Assembly: GCA_963729625.1 (NCBI GenBank)
Contig: CAVSOU010000014.1
Span: forward strand, 96,001 to 160,000
Direction: 5' to 3'
Source of the DNA: an uncultured bacterium
GTDB taxonomy: Bacteria; Chloroflexota; UBA5177; JANWHV01
Length of the DNA: 64,000 bases
Positions 58,108 through 64,000 of this stretch are shown in pieces. Under the pieces are notes generated by a model. The model was not told the DNA's origin, searched no databases, and saw nothing but the letters and a program-made list of their open reading frames with translations. A program made the translations under genes and the position numbers. The stretch's first letter is position 1, and the number at the start of each line of letters is the position of its first letter.

Positions 58108-59223
58108 GTGAAGATTCCTTTCTACGGACACACGCGCCAGTATCACAACATCAAGGGCGAGATCGACGCGAATCTCGCCAAAGTGCTGGAAAGCGGCCAA
58201 TATGTCATGGGCCCGATGCTCAAACAATTCGAAGGTGAGTTCGCCGCTTACACCGGCAAGAAATACGCGATAGGCGTCGGCAACGGCACTGATGCCCTCT
58301 GGCTGACGATGACGGCTCTAGGTGTGTCGCCGGGTGACGAGGTGATCACAAACGCGAACACCTTCTTCGCTACCGCGGAGGCGATCTGGATTGCTGGCGC
58401 GACGGTGGTGCTGGTCGACTGCGACGACGGCACGCGCTGTATTGACCCGGCTAGAGTGGCCGCCGCGATCACCCCAAGGACCAAGGGCATCATTCCCGTT
58501 CACCTGTATGGCCAGTGCGCGCCGATGCGAGCGATCAAGGAGATCGCCGATAAGCACGGACTCTGGATCATCGAGGATAACGCCCAGGCGATCGATGCTC
58601 GCGGTGACGACTTCACTATCGGCGAACTGTCGGCCGCTGTGTGCACGAGCTTCATCATTCAGAAGAACCTGGGCACGTTCGGGGACGGCGGGGCGATTTA
58701 TACGGATGATGCCGTGATTGACCAGAAGGTGCGCATCCTGCGCAACCACGGATCCGCTCAGCGCGATCACCACAGTCCCGGGTTCAACAGCCGGCTTGAC
58801 GACCTGCACGCGGGTATCCTGAGTGCGAAACTCAAGCATATTCGCGAGTGGACCGACGTGCGTCGCGCCTGGGCCGCGCGCTATGACGCAGGTTTGAAGG
58901 ATGTCGTCTTCTTGGATCTTCCATACGAGCGGCCGGGCTATCGGCACGCGTATCACCTGTATGAAATCGAGACCAAGAATCCCTCAGACCGCGACCCGCT
59001 GCTCGCGTACCTCAATGCCAAAGGCGTTGACGCCAAGACTCACTATTCGATTGCCATTCATAGGCAGGAGGGCTATCCGTGGGGAAAGGATTCTGCGATC
59101 CGTGGCTCTCTGCTAAACGCCGAGAAGAACGCGGCGTCGTGCATCTCGCTGCCGATGTATCCCGAATTGACGTCCGACGAAGTCGACTACGTGGTTTCAA
59201 CAGTCAGGTCATGGAATTCTTGA
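58108..59223 (+). CDS. DegT/DnrJ/EryC1/StrS PLP-dependent sugar aminotransferase
   Basis: GNGTDAL, NTFFATAEAI, PVHLYGQ, IEDNAQA, SFIIQKNLG.FGDGG (catalytic Lys), GFNSRLD, SLPMYP. Confidence 0.93.
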   Translation: MKIPFYGHTRQYHNIKGEIDANLAKVLESGQYVMGPMLKQFEGEFAAYTGKKYAIGVGNGTDALWLTMTALGVSPGDEVITNANTFFATAEAIWIAGATVVLVDCDDGTRCIDPARVAAAITPRTKGIIPVHLYGQCAPMRAIKEIADKHGLWIIEDNAQAIDARGDDFTIGELSAAVCTSFIIQKNLGTFGDGGAIYTDDAVIDQKVRILRNHGSAQRDHHSPGFNSRLDDLHAGILSAKLKHIREWTDVRRAWAARYDAGLKDVVFLDLPYERPGYRHAYHLYEIETKNPSDRDPLLAYLNAKGVDAKTHYSIAIHRQEGYPWGKDSAIRGSLLNAEKNAASCISLPMYPELTSDEVDYVVSTVRSWNS

Positions 59224-59251
59224 TGCTGTGCGTTCAGGCCCGGAGCGAGGA

Positions 59252-60316
59252 ATGAGCAAGTACAGGGTCCTCGTGGTAGGCATGGGGAAGCGCGGAAAGC
59301 ACCATGCTACCCATTTCCACGCCAATCCGCGTTTCGAGGTGGTTGGGATTTGCGACATTGACCCGACCAAGCTGCACGATATCGCCGCGAGCCTGGGCGA
59401 TCCCGAAACCGGCTCCGATGCTGCCGAGATGGCGGCAGCGCTCGAGCCGGACGTCTTCTGTTTCTGCACGCTGCCGAGCATCCGATCCGAGATGGTCCAG
59501 GTCGGCGTCGAGTGCGGTGCAAAGCTCATCGCGTTCGAGAAGCCGGTGGCCCTCACGTCTCGGGAAGGACAGAGGGTGAAGGCCATGCTCGCAAAGAGCC
59601 CCGCTAAGGTCGTGGTGAGCCATCAGCACCGCTACGGAAAGCACTATCAGGCGGTGAAGGACACAATCGCGAGCGGCAGGATCGGCAAAGTGCAAACAGT
59701 CTACGGCATTTCCCAGGGATGGGCGGCGCACATGCTGTCGCACCTTATCGACTACTCGATGTGGTACAACGACTATTCCAAGCCAGAGTGGGTACTGGCC
59801 CAAGCTGCCGGCACGCACAAGTTCTCCGACGTCCACGCCTCACCTGACTACATCGCCGGCTTCGTGCAATTCGCTAACGGTGTCCGGGGCGTCTATGAGT
59901 GCGGAGGAGGCGCGCCGGATGTGGCTGAGGTGCAGCGGTGGTGGGGTAAGTGCAAGATTGGCGCGACCGGTACAGAGGGTTACGCGGAAGTCTATACGGG
60001 AAACGGCTGGAAGGCCGTCACCAAGGACGGGCTCTTGCGTGGCGACGGTGCCATGGCATATGACCTGGACATGCCCGGCTACATTCAGGACATGGCCGCG
60101 TGGCTCGACGAGGGCATCGTGCACCCTTGTTGCTTCGAGCACGCCTATGCCGGCTTCGACGTCATGATGGCCATGTTCAGAAGTGCTGCGCGGGGTGGTC
60201 AGATACTCCTACCGCTTGCGAATCCAGCCGATGAGCTGGAGGAGCTGAAGCACGCTCTGCCTGACTCTCCGGTGCTGGTCACGCTCGAAGAGTCCCGGAA
60301 AGAATTCGACGTCTAG
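59252..60316 (+). CDS. Gfo/Idh/MocA family oxidoreductase
   Basis: VLVVGMGKRG..H Rossmann start, EKPVA, HQHRY, SHLID. RBS GAGG. Confidence 0.88.
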   Translation: MSKYRVLVVGMGKRGKHHATHFHANPRFEVVGICDIDPTKLHDIAASLGDPETGSDAAEMAAALEPDVFCFCTLPSIRSEMVQVGVECGAKLIAFEKPVALTSREGQRVKAMLAKSPAKVVVSHQHRYGKHYQAVKDTIASGRIGKVQTVYGISQGWAAHMLSHLIDYSMWYNDYSKPEWVLAQAAGTHKFSDVHASPDYIAGFVQFANGVRGVYECGGGAPDVAEVQRWWGKCKIGATGTEGYAEVYTGNGWKAVTKDGLLRGDGAMAYDLDMPGYIQDMAAWLDEGIVHPCCFEHAYAGFDVMMAMFRSAARGGQILLPLANPADELEELKHALPDSPVLVTLEESRKEFDV

Positions 60317-60421
60317 CGAAGAGGGCCGAAACCTGCCTGAGTAGGGCCGCTGAGTGGCGGTAAGCGGCAGCCCCCGGATGTCGTCTGTCGTGACTCGCTA
60401 GGCGCGACTGGCTGACTGGGC

Positions 60422-62275
60422 CTACACTGCGGCAGTTGCCAGTATCTCGGCCATGGGAGGGCGCTCTGAGTCCTCGATGCGCCGTACTTCTAGATGGAAT
60501 TGATCGCGCGTATGGACGATCGATTTCATTGACCGGTTGAGCTCCGAAATGAGCTCTATCCGATGCTGGCGCTCGACCCGGCCGATGACCGTTTGCAAGA
60601 TCGTAAAGGACATTCGGCTGAGCGCGGACAGCGGTTGGTTGCGATGCACGCGCTGCTCGAGATCGACTTGTGCGATGGAGTTCAGGCCGAAGCGGTCCAC
60701 GACGTCGATCAGCAGGCCGATTTCGACGCCATAACCAGTGGCAAACGGCAGCTGCAGCAGCAATTCTCTGCGGCCCGCGTACTCGCCTGAGAGCGGCTGA
60801 ATCACGCCAGACAAGAGAGGATAGAACATGTTGATTAGCGGCCGGGCCGTCAGCTCCGTCACCCGGCCGCCGGTTGACTCTTGAAGGATATCGCCCTGCC
60901 GCAGCGGGCGCCTGTAGAAGCCCTTGACATAGCCAATCCTCGGCTCCCGCAATAGGGGGCCCAGCAAGCCGTATACGAACTTGGGATGGATGTTGGCGAT
61001 GTCTGTGTCGATCCACGCGATGATGTTGCCCTTGGCCAGGCTGAGGCTCTTCCAGAGGGCCTCGCCTTTGCCCGTGTGTGCGCCGCACTGTGGAAGTACA
61101 TCCTGGTGCACGTAGACCGGCACGCCGAGGGAGCGCGCAATCGACACGGTGCGGTCCTCGGATCTGCTGTCGATCACCAGCAGGTCGTCGATGAGCGGCT
61201 GCCTGCGCTGAAGGTTCTCCTGCATGCACGCAATAATCGCGCCGATTGTTTGCTCTTCGTTGAGGGTGGGAAGAACCAGGCTAATCGTAAGGCCCTGTTG
61301 TTCCTTCAACCTGACCAGGTCGGACAGCGATGCGAATTCCTTGCTATGGAACGTGTTCTCGGCAAACCACTTGTCGACAACTGGCGAGACGCCCTCAGCC
61401 ACACCGGCCTGTTGCGCTCCGTCCCCAGCCGCAGTGGTGGTCCCATATTCGCCTATGGAGATCTGGCGTTCGGTCTTGGTAATGAAGACTGGGCACTCAA
61501 CGCCCCGAGCCACCTCCTCCGCCAGGTGGCCGTAGGGATAAGGGAACGACCGGCTGGTCGCCGCCGCGCCCATCACGATCAGGTCGTGGCGCGCGGCCTC
61601 CTCGATCAGGCAGTCCACGAGATGCGGAGCGACGACGGACCGCGCGAGAGCGATTCCGGGATATAGCCCCTCCCAGTATTCGCGGAAGGCCCTGTCTTCA
61701 GCCTGAGCCTCGGCATCTGGGACGTAGGACGGGATTACCCGCAGGATGGTAACTGTTGCGTCCCACGCCTTTGCCAGGCTGATGCCGAGCTCGGCCGCGA
61801 GGTTCGCGTGCGTCCCGCCACGCAGTGGCAGGAGGACTCGCCGTGGTCGAATTCGCGGGTCAAAGGGCTTTACCGACAGCATGTCGCACGGAGGCTGCTG
61901 TGTCAGCCGCCACATCGCCGTGTCCGCGATATTCCCAAATCGTGGCGAAGGCGCCCAACCGACGACGAGCAGGCTCGCGTCAGTCTCGAACACGACGTCC
62001 ACCAGTGCCTCGTCGATTGAATGTCCTGCTCGGACAATTGGCTCTGCCGGCAGGCCTTCCTCGCCGGCGATCCGAGTGGCCCTGCGCAGCAGTCGCCGTT
62101 GCGCACGCGCCTCTTTTGCGCCGTGGCTCAGAGACTGCCCTGGAGCCACCACAACGACGCTCACAACCACCAAGCGCGCGGATCTCGCGCGCGCCAGCTC
62201 TACCCCAATCCGTACCAAATGCTCGGCTGTACGGGGGTTCGCGAGGCCCACCAGCACGGTCCTTGCGTCAGTCAC
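60422..62275 (-). CDS. gpgS: Two universal-stress-protein domains fused to glucosyl-3-phosphoglycerate synthase
   Basis: N-terminal USP units (VLVGLANP, LLVVGW, PPCD; VLLPLRGG.HA, LIVMGA) and C-terminal GT-A (PTLNEE.T, DS.S.D.T, GKGEALWKSL, DTD, GGRVTELTARP, QPLSGEYAGRR, GYGVE, HRNQ). Confidence 0.9.
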   Translation of the reverse strand: MTDARTVLVGLANPRTAEHLVRIGVELARARSARLVVVSVVVVAPGQSLSHGAKEARAQRRLLRRATRIAGEEGLPAEPIVRAGHSIDEALVDVVFETDASLLVVGWAPSPRFGNIADTAMWRLTQQPPCDMLSVKPFDPRIRPRRVLLPLRGGTHANLAAELGISLAKAWDATVTILRVIPSYVPDAEAQAEDRAFREYWEGLYPGIALARSVVAPHLVDCLIEEAARHDLIVMGAAATSRSFPYPYGHLAEEVARGVECPVFITKTERQISIGEYGTTTAAGDGAQQAGVAEGVSPVVDKWFAENTFHSKEFASLSDLVRLKEQQGLTISLVLPTLNEEQTIGAIIACMQENLQRRQPLIDDLLVIDSRSEDRTVSIARSLGVPVYVHQDVLPQCGAHTGKGEALWKSLSLAKGNIIAWIDTDIANIHPKFVYGLLGPLLREPRIGYVKGFYRRPLRQGDILQESTGGRVTELTARPLINMFYPLLSGVIQPLSGEYAGRRELLLQLPFATGYGVEIGLLIDVVDRFGLNSIAQVDLEQRVHRNQPLSALSRMSFTILQTVIGRVERQHRIELISELNRSMKSIVHTRDQFHLEVRRIEDSERPPMAEILATAAV

Positions 62276-62498
62276 GTGACCTCGAATCTTCTGCCGGAAT
62301 GTGCGAATCTCTTGCTCGGCTCGGCAGAGCTAAGAGGGTGAGCAATTCGCAACACTCTCCGAGGAACAACCTACCGTTACAACGCCAGCGCCAGACAGTG
62401 ATTTGGCGCCCTCATGCATCTACCGTACGGGATAGGCTCACACCAGTCCAGGCGCAGGTCCTCGTGCCATAGATCGCTTCACCATTGAGCCGTGCGAA

Positions 62499-62507
62499 TG
62501 CTAGAAT
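62499..62507 (+). promoter_or_regulatory. Extended -10 element for yebC-ruvC-ruvA
   Basis: TGCTAGAAT about 30 nt upstream of the yebC ATG. RBS GGAGG follows. Confidence 0.5.
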
Positions 62508-62537
62508 AGCCGTGCTACACCTGTGGAGGGGTGGATT

Positions 62538-63287
62538 ATGTCTGGACATTCGAAATGGTCGCAGATCAAGCGGCAAAAGGGCAGCAACGACGCCAAGCGC
62601 GGCCAACTGTTTACGCAGCTTGGACGCGAGATTCAGATAGCGGCACGCGAGGGTGGTGGAGATCCGGATGCTAATTTCCGGCTGCGCCTGGCGATGCAGC
62701 GCGCGCGAGAAAGCAATATGCCCCTGGAGAATGTCGAACGAGCGATCAAGCGGGGAACAGGCGGTGGAGAGTCCGGCAACCTTGACGAGATCACCTACGA
62801 GGGATACGGTCCAGGCGGCGCGGCAGTCCTTGTCCAGGTCATGACCGACAATCGCAACAGGACCGTCGGCGAAGTCCGCAATGCTCTGAGCAAGGGCGGC
62901 GGGAGCCTCGGCGAGACAGGGTCTGTTGCCTGGCAATTCCAGGATCGTGGCATTATCTCGGTAACCATACATGCCAGCAACGCGGAAGAACTCGAGCTGG
63001 CGGCCATCGATGCGGGCGCGATCGACGTGACGGTTGACGGCGATACGCTCGAAGTGATTACTGAGCCGGAGACACTCGAAGCGGTTCGCCATGCCTTGGA
63101 AGCTCAGAAGGCAGACATCGTCAATGCCGAGCGCAGTTTGGTGCCGAGCACGACTATCCCTCTCGACAGCAAGCATGCTGCGCAAATGCTCAGGCTCGTC
63201 GACCGTCTTGAGGAGCTGGATGACGTGCAGAAGGTCTATAGCAACGTCGAGATATCGGATGAGGATCTGGAGGCCTACGAAGGCTGA
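62538..63287 (+). CDS. yebC: YebC/PmpR family protein
   Basis: MSGHSKW..IKR.K...DAKRG, YEGYGPGG, TDNRNRT, LEELDDVQKVYSN. Confidence 0.97.
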   Translation: MSGHSKWSQIKRQKGSNDAKRGQLFTQLGREIQIAAREGGGDPDANFRLRLAMQRARESNMPLENVERAIKRGTGGGESGNLDEITYEGYGPGGAAVLVQVMTDNRNRTVGEVRNALSKGGGSLGETGSVAWQFQDRGIISVTIHASNAEELELAAIDAGAIDVTVDGDTLEVITEPETLEAVRHALEAQKADIVNAERSLVPSTTIPLDSKHAAQMLRLVDRLEELDDVQKVYSNVEISDEDLEAYEG

Positions 63288-63323
63288 CCGCCGATTGTGC
63301 CACCGTTAGAGGCGCCGCAGGTG

Positions 63324-63833
63324 ATGAGAACGCTGGGGGTCGATCCGGGTACGGCCAGAATGGGTTTCGGGGTCGTCGAGTCGACAGGGGGAGGCAACAC
63401 GATGCGCGCTGTGGAGTATGGTGTGCTAGCAACCACCAGCGCCGATTCGCTCCCCGTGCGACTGCGGTTTCTGTACGCCGGGATTCGCGACCTCATAGCT
63501 GCACATGGGCCATCTGCCGTGGCGATTGAATCGTTGTTCTTCAATCTCAACGTGCGAACGGCACTGGCCGTCGGACACGCGCGCGGCGTTGCACTGCTCG
63601 CCGCTGCAGAGGCCGGGGTCGAGGTCTTCGAGTACTCCCCCCAGCAGGTAAAGGGGGCAGTCGTGGGTTATGGTAAGGCGTCGAAAGAACAGGTTCAGCT
63701 CATGATCGCGGCGCTTCTCGGGCTCGAGGCGACGCCGCATCCGGACGATGCCGCTGATGCCCTGGCTATCGCGATTTGCCACGTGCACAGCGCTCGAATG
63801 GCGGCATACGCGCCTCGGCCTGGCATGCGATGA
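63324..63833 (+). CDS. ruvC: Crossover junction endodeoxyribonuclease RuvC
   Basis: LGVDPG, AIE..FF..N, GHARGV, VK.AV.GYG.A.KEQV, PDDAADALAIAICH. Confidence 0.96.
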   Translation: MRTLGVDPGTARMGFGVVESTGGGNTMRAVEYGVLATTSADSLPVRLRFLYAGIRDLIAAHGPSAVAIESLFFNLNVRTALAVGHARGVALLAAAEAGVEVFEYSPQQVKGAVVGYGKASKEQVQLMIAALLGLEATPHPDDAADALAIAICHVHSARMAAYAPRPGMR

Positions 63834-64000
63834 TCGAGTCGCTTCGCGGTCTCGTGGAGGCGTGCAGCGCCGACTCCGCAGTACTTCGCCTCGGTGCAAT
63901 CAGCGTTCGGCTCGGCATCACCGCGGAAACGGCGCGGCAGCTCAAGCCGGGCGGCCAGACGGAGCTCTTCACGTACTTGTATATGCGCGAAGATGTGTTG
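63830..64000 (+). CDS. ruvA: Holliday junction branch migration protein RuvA (5' part, truncated by window edge)
   Basis: Manual translation MIESLRGLV...ELFTYLYMREDVL. ATGA-coupled to ruvC in the canonical gene order. Confidence 0.85.
   Translation, partial: MIESLRGLVEACSADSAVLRLGAISVRLGITAETARQLKPGGQTELFTYLYMREDVL

Noticed and set aside
60317-60421. Structured intergenic region with GAAA and CTGAG motifs (ribozyme or TPP-like)
   Set aside because: The motifs do not match CTGANGA or the TPP consensus. It lies between convergent genes and is more simply a terminator-region hairpin.

Overview
GC-rich bacterial chromosomal segment, most likely from a Chloroflexota genome. That call is an inference from gene content (DUF6391-like protein, TIGR03663-NHL fusion, tandem-USP/GpgS fusion, Uma2 endonucleases), not from a search. 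From left to right: (1) a decayed mobile-element relic (SWIM-like and ParB-like fragments) with an apparently intact hicA-hicB-like pair; (2) fkbp/eamA/dinB/uma2; (3) a surface-glycan locus with GmhA, HddA, GmhB, a phosphoglycosyltransferase, a frameshifted GalU-like gene, a broken epimerase and a GT9 heptosyltransferase; (4) Ser/Thr-rich and Ig-repeat secreted proteins; (5) rarA, folC, miaA; (6) an rpmH-rnpA-yidD-yidC-jag-pfkB-mnmE operon with no adjacent dnaA; (7) a Wzy_C/O-antigen-ligase gene overlapping a degenerate Flp-like pilin; (8) a gyrB/gyrA-family pair lacking the GyrA box; (9) four GT-C-like membrane glycosyltransferases spread over the window; (10) recX, aroF, polX, uxaA-like, map, lipB, tyrA; (11) a five-gene amino-sugar cluster (BadF kinase, GH4, NagB, DegT aminotransferase, Gfo/Idh/MocA); (12) USP-USP-GpgS, yebC, ruvC and the start of ruvA. 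The best candidates for an undescribed system are the amino-sugar cluster (possible 3-amino-sugar catabolism) and a heptose-using surface or protein glycosylation system in a lineage expected to lack LPS. No tRNA, rRNA, CRISPR array or intact transposase/integrase was recognised. All product calls come from motif recognition by eye. Bases ~9000-11700 carry several single-base deletions that may be sequencing errors.
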